Below are positions 20,793-29,474 of a stretch of 64,000 bases of DNA, one piece after another. The stretch is from an uncultured Planctomycetia bacterium (GTDB lineage Bacteria; Omnitrophota; Gorgyraeia; 1-14-0-20-64-10). A model generated the notes under the pieces. The model saw only the letters and a list, made by a program, of their open reading frames with translations. It ran no database searches and had not been told where the DNA came from. The first letter of the stretch is position 1, and each line of letters begins with the position of its first letter. Location of the stretch: the NCBI GenBank assembly GCA_964373715.1, contig CAYJVR010000006.1, positions 39,781 through 103,780 on the forward strand, given 5' to 3'. The translations under genes and the position numbers were made by a program.

Positions 20793-20828
20793 TTGATGAC
20801 TCCTTCCTTTCTGTTTCTCGCAAAAACT

Positions 20829-21026
20829 TTACGCGTACGGCAGCAGTTGCCGGAGCATTTTTTCTTCCGCTGGGGTTGAGTACCCCGCTTTCCTCAGCTG
20901 TCGTTTTCTTTTTGACGTTCTTCCCGTCAAAAGATGCCTTTTGTTCCCATGCGGCCTTTTGAATTTACCGCTGGCCGTTTTGCGAAACCGCTTCACAATG
21001 GATTTGCGTGTTTTCATCTTGGGCAT
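20829..21026 (-). CDS. rpmI: 50S ribosomal protein L35
   Basis: [21 protein letters not shown]... is typical of bL35. Confidence 0.9.
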   Translation of the reverse strand: MPKMKTRKSIVKRFRKTASGKFKRPHGNKRHLLTGRTSKRKRQLRKAGYSTPAEEKMLRQLLPYA

Positions 21027-21057
21027 AACTGGCTCCTCACACCTTCTCTTTTCGTTT

Positions 21058-21564
21058 TCACTTGGGCGCGACAGTCATGAAGACGAATCTTCCTTCCTGA
21101 GCCGGCGACCGCTCGACCTGTCCCACTTCGGACAAATCGATCTTCAGCCTCTCCATCAAACGATGACCGAATTCCTGATGCGCCATTTCGCGCCCGCGAA
21201 AAACCACCGTCACTTTGACCTTATCGCCGCGTTTTAAAAATTTGGTAAGCGACCGCAATTTCGTTTGGTAATCGTGCTCGTCAATCTGAGGGCGGAAGCG
21301 CAGCTCTTTCAAGTGTGTGCGCTGGTGGTGGCGATTCTCCCGTTCCTGTTTCGCCAGCTCATAGCGGTACTTGGAATAATCCAGTATCCGGCAAACCGGC
21401 GGAGCCGCCTGCGGAGCTACTTCCACCAAATCCAGCCCGGCTTCCTGAGCTTGTTTTAAAGCCGCGTCAATCGGCACAACCCCTTCCTGCTTCCCGTCCG
21501 CTGTAACTAAGCGGACCTCGCGCGCACGAATGCGCTCGTTTATCCTCAGTTCACCCTTTTCGAT
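21058..21564 (-). CDS. infC: Translation initiation factor IF-3, with an apparent non-canonical AUC start codon
   Basis: The track ORF starts at an internal GTG (21477). The conserved IF3 N-terminus [14 protein letters not shown] continues in-frame upstream to ATC at 21564..21562, which sits 6 nt after GGAGGT. No ATG, GTG or TTG lies between the upstream in-frame TGA and that ATC. Confidence 0.85.
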   Translation of the reverse strand: MEKGELRINERIRAREVRLVTADGKQEGVVPIDAALKQAQEAGLDLVEVAPQAAPPVCRILDYSKYRYELAKQERENRHHQRTHLKELRFRPQIDEHDYQTKLRSLTKFLKRGDKVKVTVVFRGREMAHQEFGHRLMERLKIDLSEVGQVERSPAQEGRFVFMTVAPK

Positions 21565-21594
21565 TCGGTCACCTCCTCGTTTTTTCGATTCGCG

Positions 21595-23313
21595 TCACTG
21601 TTTTTTCTGGATTTCCGAAATAATCCGACCGATGAACCCTTCCGTAGGAAGGGCCCCCAGATCGCCGCCGAGCTTTGAACGGACGGACACCTTGCCGGCC
21701 TCGGCCTCCCTCTGGCCAACCACCAGCATATACGGGATTTTCGCCAGCTCGGCATCCCGGATTTTCGACTGGAATCTTTCATTCCTGTCGTTTACCTCGG
21801 CCCGAATCCCTTCTTTCGAAAGACGCAGCGCCACATCGCGCGCATAAGGTTCCTGAGCTGAAGTGATCGGTATCAAAACCGCCTGCACCGGCGCCAGCCA
21901 AACAGGGAAGGCGCCCCCGTAATGTTCGATCAAGGTCCCCATAAACCTCTCGAGCGACCCAAAGATTGCCCTGTGGATCATCACGGGCCTCGTCTCCTGC
22001 CCATTCTCTTCGATATACTTCAGGTCGAACCGTTCGGGCAGAACGAAATCGAGCTGGACGGTCGCGCACTGCCAGTAGCGGCCGAGCACGTCTTTTACAT
22101 GGATATCGATTTTCGGGCCGTAAAAAGCGCCGGAGCCGGGGCTCAGCTCGTAGGCTATCTTCAGCTTGCTCAGCACGTTCTTAAGGATCTCCTCGGCCTT
22201 CACCCACTTTTCGTCGTCGCCCATGTATTCAGGCGGACGGGTCGAGAGCTCCACCTTGTACTCGTTGAATCCAAAGTCCTTCATCGCGGTCTGGATGAAG
22301 TCCAACACTCCTTCCAGTTCCGATTCCATCTGGGGCAGACGGCAAAATATGTGGGAGTCGTCCTGCGTGAAACCGCGGACCCTCAGCAACCCGTGCAGCA
22401 CGCCCGACTTCTCGTTCCGGTAGACAGTGCCAAGCTCGAAGAAGCGGATCGGCAGTTCCCGGTAGCTGCGCAACCCCGTCTGGTAAATCAAAATGTGCCC
22501 GGGGCAGTTCATCGGCTTGATGCCCCACTCCTGCTCCTCCATCTTGAAAATGTACATGTTCGGCTTGTAATGCTGGTAATGCCCGGAGCGGATCCAGATG
22601 TCGCTGCGGAGCACGTGCGGAGTCAGCACCGGCTGGTACCCGCGCAGCGCGTGCTGGTTCCTCGAATACTCTTCAATGATTCCCCTGAGCAGTGCGCCCT
22701 TCGGCTGGTAGAAAACGAGCCCCGCGCCGGCTTCTTCGAGAATCGTGAACAGCTTCAGGCTGACCCCGAGTTTCCGGTGATCCCTCTTCTTGGCCTCTTC
22801 GCGGACCCTGAGAAATTCATCCAATTCCTTCTGTTGAAAAAAAGCGGTCCCATAAATCCGGGTCAGCTGCGGATTCTTCTCGTCGCCGCGCCAATAAGCC
22901 CCGGCTAGGGAAAGGAGCTTGACCGCCTTGACCTGGCCGGTCGACGCCATATGGGGTCCTTCGCACAAATCAACGAACTCTCCATCGGTATAGATCGACA
23001 CCCTCGGGTCCGGAATATCCCGGATGATTTCGACCTTAAACGGCTCATCGCGCTTATTGAAAAAGTCCGCCGCCTCTTCTTTTGTCATCCAAGACTGCTG
23101 AAACGGCGCGTCGGCCTTGATGATCCCGCGCATCTCTTCTTCAATCCGGGGAAGATCGTCGTCGGTGATCGGTTCCGCGAGATCCAGATCGTAATAGAAA
23201 CCTTCCTCAATCGGCGGGCCGATAGCCAGCTTCGTTTGAGGATAGAGGCGCTTCACCGCCTGCGCCAGGATATGGGCGGCACTGTGCCTGAGCCTGTGCA
23301 GATCGTCGTTCAT
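21595..23313 (-). CDS. thrS: Threonine--tRNA ligase that apparently lacks the N-terminal TGS domain. The start is at MNDDLHRLRHSAAH, ATG at 23313 after GGGAGGA.
   Basis: The N2 editing domain (HSAAHILAQAV), class II catalytic core and anticodon-binding domain are all present. The in-frame upstream extension in the track ORF has no TGS-like sequence. Confidence 0.85.
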   Translation of the reverse strand: MNDDLHRLRHSAAHILAQAVKRLYPQTKLAIGPPIEEGFYYDLDLAEPITDDDLPRIEEEMRGIIKADAPFQQSWMTKEEAADFFNKRDEPFKVEIIRDIPDPRVSIYTDGEFVDLCEGPHMASTGQVKAVKLLSLAGAYWRGDEKNPQLTRIYGTAFFQQKELDEFLRVREEAKKRDHRKLGVSLKLFTILEEAGAGLVFYQPKGALLRGIIEEYSRNQHALRGYQPVLTPHVLRSDIWIRSGHYQHYKPNMYIFKMEEQEWGIKPMNCPGHILIYQTGLRSYRELPIRFFELGTVYRNEKSGVLHGLLRVRGFTQDDSHIFCRLPQMESELEGVLDFIQTAMKDFGFNEYKVELSTRPPEYMGDDEKWVKAEEILKNVLSKLKIAYELSPGSGAFYGPKIDIHVKDVLGRYWQCATVQLDFVLPERFDLKYIEENGQETRPVMIHRAIFGSLERFMGTLIEHYGGAFPVWLAPVQAVLIPITSAQEPYARDVALRLSKEGIRAEVNDRNERFQSKIRDAELAKIPYMLVVGQREAEAGKVSVRSKLGGDLGALPTEGFIGRIISEIQKKQ

Positions 23314-23357
23314 TGTCCTCCCAACCGAGTTATCCAAAACCGGCTTAATCTTCTGTC

Positions 23358-23654
23358 TCACGGATACTTCTGTTTCAGCTCCATCTCTGCAATCTGTCCC
23401 TGCAGCTTGGAAATGATGGGGCTGGCTATGTACTGCGTACACACCATGGCGAGAAGCACGATCATGTAGAGCGCCCACATAAGAAAGAAGTTTCCCATTA
23501 CTCCCATGTGACCAGACCAAGAATGGAGACTTCCCGATAAAAGTGGAATGGAAAGACCGAGACCAATACCCCACGCGGAGACCTTCCGCGGGAACTTCAG
23601 CCGGTTCAAGTACCAACGCTCAAAACAATTGAATCCTTTTTCAATAGACTCCAT
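23358..23654 (-). CDS. Small hypothetical membrane protein (two predicted TM helices), start MESIEKGF after a GGAGG Shine-Dalgarno
   Basis: ORF with a Shine-Dalgarno and hydrophobic segments. No recognisable family. Confidence 0.4.
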   Translation of the reverse strand: MESIEKGFNCFERWYLNRLKFPRKVSAWGIGLGLSIPLLSGSLHSWSGHMGVMGNFFLMWALYMIVLLAMVCTQYIASPIISKLQGQIAEMELKQKYP

Positions 23655-23696
23655 TTTCAGCCTCCGCATTCTTCTCCAATGACAGATAAACAGCAT

Positions 23697-23714
23697 GATG
23701 GGCCCAAGAGGACT
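23697..23714. repeat. 18 nt exact duplicate (TGGGCCCAAGAGGACTCG) of the 3' end of the adjacent tRNA-Val gene (copy within the tRNA at 23854..23871)
   Basis: Both copies can be read in the sequence, about 140 bp apart in the same orientation. Confidence 0.5.
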
Positions 23715-23850
23715 CGGCGCCCTCCATCCACTCACTCCGTTCGGGACTCCGGGTCGGCCACTCGGCCCACCTGGACAACGCTCCTGTCCGTCGCGTTGAG
23801 CGGGCCTCTCTTCTCGTCCTCTTGACGCCAACCGCAGTACCAAAACAGGG

Positions 23851-23927
23851 TGGTGGGCCCAAGAGGACTCGAACCTCTGACCTCTTCGATGTCAACGAAG
23901 CGCTCTAACCAACTGAGCTATGAGCCC
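23851..23927 (-). tRNA. tRNA-Val (anticodon GAC), CCA encoded
   Basis: The reverse complement folds as a cloverleaf with a GGGCUCA acceptor stem, GUUCGAGUC T-arm and anticodon loop UUGACAU. Confidence 0.9.
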
Positions 23928-23942
23928 ATCACGCTGTTTATG

Positions 23943-24026
23943 TGCCGGGGGCGGGGGTCGAACCCGCATGCCCTTACGGGCGGGGGATTTTAAGTCCCCT
24001 ATGTATACCAATTCCATCACCCCGGC
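23943..24026 (-). tRNA. tRNA-Leu (anticodon TAA), long variable arm, CCA not encoded
   Basis: Acceptor GCCGGGG/CCCCGGC, anticodon loop CUUAAAA, a long extra arm and T-arm GGUUCGACCCC. Confidence 0.9.
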
Positions 24027-24110
24027 GAATTTGCAGATCGCGTATCGCCAATCGCAATTCTCGCGCGGATCACGCGATCAGCAACTAGCGCTTAGCGACA
24101 AGCCAAGTAA

Positions 24111-24182
24111 AGGTGCGGGTCGGAATCGAACCGACGAATAACGGTTTTGCAGACCGTTGCCTTACCGCTTGGCTACCGCACC
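24111..24182 (-). tRNA. tRNA-Cys (anticodon GCA), discriminator U
   Basis: Acceptor GGUGCGG/CCGCACC, anticodon loop CUGCAAA and T-arm GGUUCGAUUCC. Confidence 0.9.
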
Positions 24183-24194
24183 AAGGAATTGGGC

Positions 24195-24899
24195 TTACTT
24201 CTTCCCGTTCTTCAAGCGGACGGCCAAGATCTCTTCCGCCGCTTTCAGGATCCGCTGCGCCAACTGCGTCTTCGCGATGGCCGCAAAGGCCTGGACCTTG
24301 CCTGAGCGCTGTAAAATGGCCCCCTCCACTGGCAGATCGCCAAACGGTCCGCGGCCCTTGTCCTTGGGGCGCAGCTGCGTCGCCACAATAGCGTCCAAAT
24401 TTTTCGCCTTCAGCTTGTGCCTGGCGTTCGTCAGTAGATTCTGTGTCTCGAGCGCGAATCCGATGACCGCCTGTCGCTCTTTCCGAATCCTGGACACATT
24501 CATTAAAATGTCCGGATTCTCGACGAGCTCAAGCTGCATCAGCCGCAGCGAACCGCCCACTCCGGACCTCTTGATTTTCTGCGATGCCGTGGAAACCGGT
24601 CGGAAATCGGCCACCGCAGCCGACATGATTAAAGCATCCGCTTTCGGGAAATTATCCACCACCGCTTGTTCCATTTCGACGGCTGTTTCCACATCCACCC
24701 TCTTGACCCCCTTCGGGGTAGGCAAGCCGGTGGGCCCGGTAATCAGCGTTACCTCATGTCCTTTTGCCCGGGCAATTCCGGCCAATTGGTAGCCCAGCGT
24801 TCCTGTCGAGTTGTTCGAAATATACCTGACCGGATCAATCGGTTCCCGCGTCGGCCCGGCGGTGATCAGCAGCTTGTATTTCCGCCCCGGGCGGCTCAC
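24195..24899 (-). CDS. coaB: Phosphopantothenate--cysteine ligase (CoaB domain), encoded as a separate gene. Its GTG start overlaps the coaC stop (GTGA).
   Basis: Dfp C-terminal-domain homologue (ITAGPTREPIDPVRYISNNSTG...). It is in a different frame from the upstream CoaC ORF. Confidence 0.85.
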   Translation of the reverse strand: MSRPGRKYKLLITAGPTREPIDPVRYISNNSTGTLGYQLAGIARAKGHEVTLITGPTGLPTPKGVKRVDVETAVEMEQAVVDNFPKADALIMSAAVADFRPVSTASQKIKRSGVGGSLRLMQLELVENPDILMNVSRIRKERQAVIGFALETQNLLTNARHKLKAKNLDAIVATQLRPKDKGRGPFGDLPVEGAILQRSGKVQAFAAIAKTQLAQRILKAAEEILAVRLKNGKK

Positions 24900-25447
24900 C
24901 GTTTACCCTTTCCATGCAACCGCCGCCGGACGGCCGCCACAATCTCCGCTGGTTCGGCGATGTGGCCCATACCGACCTGGCGGCAGGCCAGCTCACCGCG
25001 GACCGGTCCGATGAATTCAACGCCGAGTTTCTTAAGCCTGCCGATGTTCTGCTGCGTGACCGGATGCTCGTACATCGCCTTGTTCATCGCGGGCGCCAGG
25101 AGCACAGGAGCCTTCGTGGCAAAAAGGATGCAGGTTAACAAGTCGTCGCAGATCCCGTTGGCCAGTTTCCCGATAGTGTTCAGTGTTGCCGGGCACACCA
25201 GCGCGAGATCCGCTTCCGTCGAAAGAGAGGTGTGCAGAAGGTCCCATTCTTCGGGCAATTCAAAAACATCGGAGTACACTTTATTCCCTGACAGGGTCTG
25301 GAACGTCAGCGGACTCACGAACCGGGTCGCCTCTTTCGTCATAACGACGTGCACGCTTGTATCGGCATCCTTCCGGAGCGCGCTGACAACATCGCACGCC
25401 TTGTAGCAGGCGATTGACCCTGTGATTCCCACAATGACCTTTTTCAT
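24896..25447 (-). CDS. coaC: Phosphopantothenoylcysteine decarboxylase (flavoprotein, CoaC)
   Basis: Flavoprotein fold with GITGSIACYKA and the PAMN...M motif. Confidence 0.85.
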   Translation of the reverse strand: MKKVIVGITGSIACYKACDVVSALRKDADTSVHVVMTKEATRFVSPLTFQTLSGNKVYSDVFELPEEWDLLHTSLSTEADLALVCPATLNTIGKLANGICDDLLTCILFATKAPVLLAPAMNKAMYEHPVTQQNIGRLKKLGVEFIGPVRGELACRQVGMGHIAEPAEIVAAVRRRLHGKGKR

Positions 25448-25477
25448 ATGCGTATGTTTTTGCGCCTCGTGAAAGGG

Positions 25478-25726
25478 TTACCCTTTGTCCTTTTCTTTCT
25501 CTTTGCCCGGTTTTCTCAGTTTGTAAGAAACCCTGCCTTCGGCAATTTCCTTGAGAGCCGTGATGGACGGTTTTGTTTTTGAATCCACCTCGGTCAGTTT
25601 TGGGCTGCCTTCACTCAATTCTAGCGCCCGCCTGGCGGCAAGAACCACCAGCTTATACTTGGAAGGACCCACCTTCTCCAGAAGCCTCTCCAGCTGTATG
25701 GACGTTCTCAGACTAGCCAGCATATT
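25478..25726 (-). CDS. rpoZ: DNA-directed RNA polymerase subunit omega
   Basis: KYKLVVLAARRALEL matches the omega core. The position next to gmk is the conserved gmk-rpoZ pair. Confidence 0.75.
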   Translation of the reverse strand, partial: NMLASLRTSIQLERLLEKVGPSKYKLVVLAARRALELSEGSPKLTEVDSKTKPSITALKEIAEGRVSYKLRKPGKEKEKDKG

Positions 25727-26325
25727 CATGTCCCTCCGCGATCTTTCACCCGACAATGTTCCGCTTTCAAAATTGCCCTGACCGCCTCAACGGCGTCAGG
25801 AAGGCTGTCATTCACTACCGCGTAATCGTAATACTTCATCTCCGCCAATTCGCGCCGGGCGAGCCGCAGCCTGGCCTTTATTTGCTGCGGCGTCTCGGTG
25901 CCGCGCCCTTTGAGCCTCTCTTTTAATACGGAGAACGACGGCGGAAGAAGAAAAATCGTCGAAACAGGAAAGTTGCTCCTGCGGATCTGCCTGGCCCCCT
26001 GGATATCCACACCGAGAAAAACATCTTTGCCGGCCTTCAAAGCCTTCTCGATCGGGGCGCGAGGCGTGCCGTACCTTTGATTAAGAATTTGCGCGTGCTC
26101 GAAAAATTCCCCGCGGCGAATCCCTTTTTCAAACCGTTCCCGGCTGAAAAACCAGTAATCCCTCCCATGCCGTTCGCCGAGCCGCGGGGAACGCGTGGTC
26201 GCGGAAACGGAGAGCTTGGCTTCCGGCTCCACTTTCGAGAGAGTTCTCAAGATTGTGGTTTTTCCGCTTCCCGAGGGGGCCGATATGACGAATAGCCTTC
26301 CGCATCTTTTTTTCTTCACGGCCAA
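25726..26325 (-). CDS. gmk: Guanylate kinase
   Basis: P-loop SAPSGSGKTT and the GMP-binding motifs. Confidence 0.9.
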   Translation of the reverse strand: MAVKKKRCGRLFVISAPSGSGKTTILRTLSKVEPEAKLSVSATTRSPRLGERHGRDYWFFSRERFEKGIRRGEFFEHAQILNQRYGTPRAPIEKALKAGKDVFLGVDIQGARQIRRSNFPVSTIFLLPPSFSVLKERLKGRGTETPQQIKARLRLARRELAEMKYYDYAVVNDSLPDAVEAVRAILKAEHCRVKDRGGT

Positions 26326-26326
26326 C

Positions 26327-27202
26327 CTACTCGACGTTCGCCGCTTGTTCGCGGAGCTTTTCTATCAATCCTTTCATCTCAACAACCCACCGGATAACGG
26401 CCGCATCTCGGATTTTTACGCCGAGGGTATTCACCTCCCGCTGAAGTTCCTGGGCGAGGAAATCCATCGTCCTGCCCTGAGATTCGGCCTGGCCGCCTAT
26501 GGCTCTGCGCAGAGCCACCAGGTGGGACTGTATCCTGGTCAACTCTTCGCTCACATCGGTCTCCCGAACAAGCGCGGCCGCTTCCTTGGCGACAGCTACC
26601 GGATCGGCCGCCGCGGCCGCCGCTTGTATCCGGGCCTGCAACCGTTGTGTCAGGTTTTTCTGCGCTTCAGGCACGCGCCGGACAATACGCCGGTTCAGGT
26701 TTTCCAGGGAAACAACGAGCTTCCTGAACACCTTCTCGAGCCGTCCCCCCTCTTTCTGCCGCATGGCCGTCAATTGAGCTATGGCCTGCCCAACCGTCTG
26801 CTCGACCATTTTGCGCGACCGTTCAGGAAACTCGGCCGATGAAGGGGCGCCCACAACACGGGGAAGGCTCAGTACCGTCTCGAGCGTCACTTCCCCCGAA
26901 AGATGAAGCTGTTTCTTGAGCTGGCGCAGGCTGGCGGCATATTGCCGGGCCACATCCACCTGAAATGCAGCAGCCGGCGTCTGGTGCTTGGATTTGATTC
27001 CGACAAATACCCGCACTCTGCCCCGCCGGATTGTCCGGCCGACCAGCGCGCGGATTGCTTGCTCAAAACTCAGAAAACCCTCGGGGAGCCGGCAATCCAC
27101 CTCGAGAAACCGGTGATTGAGTGTCTGGATCTCCACGACGGTCCGCGCAGAGGAGCTTAAGTTCCCCTCCGCTCGGCCGAACCCGGTCATGCTGGTCAGC
27201 AT
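26327..27202 (-). CDS. yicC: YicC-family protein (stress-induced endoribonuclease YicC-like)
   Basis: N-terminal MTGFGRAEG, a YicC N domain and the DUF1732 C-terminus. The yicC-gmk-rpoZ arrangement is conserved. Confidence 0.8.
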   Translation of the reverse strand: MLTSMTGFGRAEGNLSSSARTVVEIQTLNHRFLEVDCRLPEGFLSFEQAIRALVGRTIRRGRVRVFVGIKSKHQTPAAAFQVDVARQYAASLRQLKKQLHLSGEVTLETVLSLPRVVGAPSSAEFPERSRKMVEQTVGQAIAQLTAMRQKEGGRLEKVFRKLVVSLENLNRRIVRRVPEAQKNLTQRLQARIQAAAAAADPVAVAKEAAALVRETDVSEELTRIQSHLVALRRAIGGQAESQGRTMDFLAQELQREVNTLGVKIRDAAVIRWVVEMKGLIEKLREQAANVE

Positions 27203-27208
27203 ACCGGT

Positions 27209-27712
27209 TCAGGCCCAAGCGCGCGTTTGCACTTGATTCAATGTGGCCGGTTTGGTTGGATACAGGTCAACGATAATTTCGTCAGGGTTGAACCACAGCT
27301 TGATTTCCCGCTCAGCCTCGGGTTCCGACGAGGAGGCGTGAACAACATTCTCGAAGAGGCCGGTGGAACGGATCCGCCCGTAAGCTCCTCTGATCGAAGT
27401 CGGGCTGGCCTGCTCGGGGTTGGTCGCTCCGGTCAATTCCCGTACTTTATCTATCGCATCCTCACCCCAATAAACGAGTGCCATTGCTTTATGCCGGTTA
27501 TGAAGTTCCCCCTGGAGATACCGGACCAGTTCTTCATAGAACGGCTTATCTTTTAAGTGGCAGTAGTGTTCTTCCGCCAATTTTTTTGAAACCCTGCACA
27601 CCTTGGAGGCCACGATCTCGAGCTTCGTTTCCGATAAACGGGTTAAGATATTTCCGGTTAAAGAACGGACCAACCCGTCCGGTTTAATGAGTATAAGCGT
27701 CTGCTGAATCAT
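27209..27712 (-). CDS. ndk: Nucleoside diphosphate kinase (with a roughly 25 aa C-terminal extension)
   Basis: LILIKPDG, the catalytic His region and the NDK fold. Confidence 0.9.
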   Translation of the reverse strand: MIQQTLILIKPDGLVRSLTGNILTRLSETKLEIVASKVCRVSKKLAEEHYCHLKDKPFYEELVRYLQGELHNRHKAMALVYWGEDAIDKVRELTGATNPEQASPTSIRGAYGRIRSTGLFENVVHASSSEPEAEREIKLWFNPDEIIVDLYPTKPATLNQVQTRAWA

Positions 27713-27777
27713 ATAACTCTAACATTATAAGGAAGAAATGACGCGCGTCAACGGCGCAGTAATCCGGCAAAAGCTCT

Positions 27778-28668
27778 TTAAGAACCGCCGGCAAGCCTAT
27801 TGATCAGTTTATCAAGATCTTTTAAAGAGTAATACGCAATCCGGACCCATCCCCGCGACCCTTTGTGGGCTATTTGGACATTTGTCGCCAAAGCCCTTTG
27901 AAGCTTCTGCTCCACCGCAACCAGATGAGGGTCTCTAGTGCTCTTTTTGGGGCGAGCCACAGTTCCCTCGCCGGAAAGAAGGGCCTTGATCAACCCCTCC
28001 ACGCGCCGAACGGAAAGCCCCTGCGCAATCACTTGCTGCGCAACCGTGGCCTGGGCCTTAGCCGATTCCAGTGCAAGCAACGCCCTGGCATGACCCAACG
28101 TTAACCGCCCTTTAGAAACCTCTTCGCGGACCTCAGGGGCCAGCTTGAGAAGCCTCAGCGTGTTGGCGACCGTAGCTCTGTCTTTTCCCATCGCCAGGGC
28201 AATCTCTTCCTGTGTGAGACTGAATTCCTGCAGCAGCCGCTGGTAGGCCGCTGCTTCTTCCATCGGATTGAGTTCTTCCCGCTGAATATTCTCAATCAAA
28301 GAAAGCTCCAGCGCCTTCCTGTCCGAAACTTCCCGGATGAGAACAGGTGCGCTAGTTTCCCCAAGCAGCTGGAGAGCTCTATAGCGTCTTTCTCCAGCTA
28401 TAAGATCATAAAATGGTCCATTAAAACCACTTTTCTCCGATTTTCTAACTAAAAGTGGGTAAATCAAACCACTTTCGCGTATAGAATCGGCTAATTCCTG
28501 AATTTTTCTGTCATCAATTCTCTGTCGAGGCTGAAACCGATTGGGTTGAATGGCTTGAAGCGGTATCCGAACCGACTCCGATTTTTCTTTCTGCGGCTGG
28601 CTCTGGGGAATCGCTCCTTCCGGAATCAGCGCCCGAATCCCTTTGCCTAACCCACGCGTTTCCGGCAT
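27778..28668 (-). CDS. parB: Chromosome partitioning protein ParB (start probably MPETRGLGKG)
   Basis: ParB N-terminal RGLGKGIRALI box, an HTH and a C-terminal dimerisation region. Confidence 0.85.
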   Translation of the reverse strand: MPETRGLGKGIRALIPEGAIPQSQPQKEKSESVRIPLQAIQPNRFQPRQRIDDRKIQELADSIRESGLIYPLLVRKSEKSGFNGPFYDLIAGERRYRALQLLGETSAPVLIREVSDRKALELSLIENIQREELNPMEEAAAYQRLLQEFSLTQEEIALAMGKDRATVANTLRLLKLAPEVREEVSKGRLTLGHARALLALESAKAQATVAQQVIAQGLSVRRVEGLIKALLSGEGTVARPKKSTRDPHLVAVEQKLQRALATNVQIAHKGSRGWVRIAYYSLKDLDKLINRLAGGS

Positions 28669-29431
28669 CTGTTTTCTCCTTTTTAACCTGTTCCGCCAAA
28701 GATTGGTACGCCTTGGCTCCCGACGAATTGGGGTCATACAAAGCAATCGGCAAACCGTGGCTCGGCGCCTCGCTTAAGCGGACCGAACGGGGAATAATGA
28801 TGTCGTACACTTTTGTTCCAAAAGAGCGGCGAACCTCCTGAATCACATCGCTGGTCAATTTTGTCCGGAAATCGGCCATCGTCAAAAGAATTCCCTCTAC
28901 CTCAAGCCCCGCATTTAATGATTGCTGGACAAGCTTTATCGTCTCCAAAAGTTGGCTCAACCCCTCAAGCGCATAATATTCGCATTGAAGCGGAATGAGA
29001 ACGCTGTCGGCCGCAGTCAGGGCATTGACCGTCAACAACCCAAGAGAGGGGGGGCAATCCACAATGATCTGGTCGTAAGAGTCCCGGGCTTCCTGAAGCG
29101 CCTCTCTCAGGCGAGTTTCCCTGTTGTCCAAAGCTACCAGCTCTACCTCAGCTCCACTGAGAGCCGGTTGTGCGGGAACCAGCTGAAGATTCTGGATCTG
29201 GGTCTGAACGACTACGGAACCTATAGGCTCTTTTTCCACCAAAGCTTGATAAATGGAGCGGGGCAGGTTTCTTTTGTCAATACCGAGACCGCCCGTGGCG
29301 TTGCCCTGCGGATCCAAATCAACCAGAAGAATGCGCGATCCTCCTAGGGCGAGTGCCGCGCTGAGATTGACGGCGGTCGTCGTCTTGCCGACCCCCCCTT
29401 TTTGATTGCAAATAGCAATAACTTTAGGCAT
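28514..29431 (-). CDS. parA: Chromosome partitioning ATPase ParA/Soj, with an unusual low-complexity C-terminal extension of about 50 aa that overlaps the parB start in another frame
   Basis: Deviant Walker A KGGVGKTT. It is full-length ParA up to about aa 255 and then extends to 305 aa. Confidence 0.9.
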   Translation of the reverse strand: MPKVIAICNQKGGVGKTTTAVNLSAALALGGSRILLVDLDPQGNATGGLGIDKRNLPRSIYQALVEKEPIGSVVVQTQIQNLQLVPAQPALSGAEVELVALDNRETRLREALQEARDSYDQIIVDCPPSLGLLTVNALTAADSVLIPLQCEYYALEGLSQLLETIKLVQQSLNAGLEVEGILLTMADFRTKLTSDVIQEVRRSFGTKVYDIIIPRSVRLSEAPSHGLPIALYDPNSSGAKAYQSLAEQVKKEKTDAGNAWVRQRDSGADSGRSDSPEPAAERKIGVGSDTASSHSTQSVSASTEN

Positions 29432-29474
29432 GTTTCACGTGGAACATTTCCGAAAGCTTGCCCGAAATCCCCTG

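Noticed and set aside
23655-23850. An integrated mobile element at tRNA-Val (suggested by the duplicated tRNA 3' end).
   Set aside because: No integrase, excisionase or cargo gene is present and the interval is only about 140 bp. It is kept only as a possible scar (see findings), not called as a mobile element.
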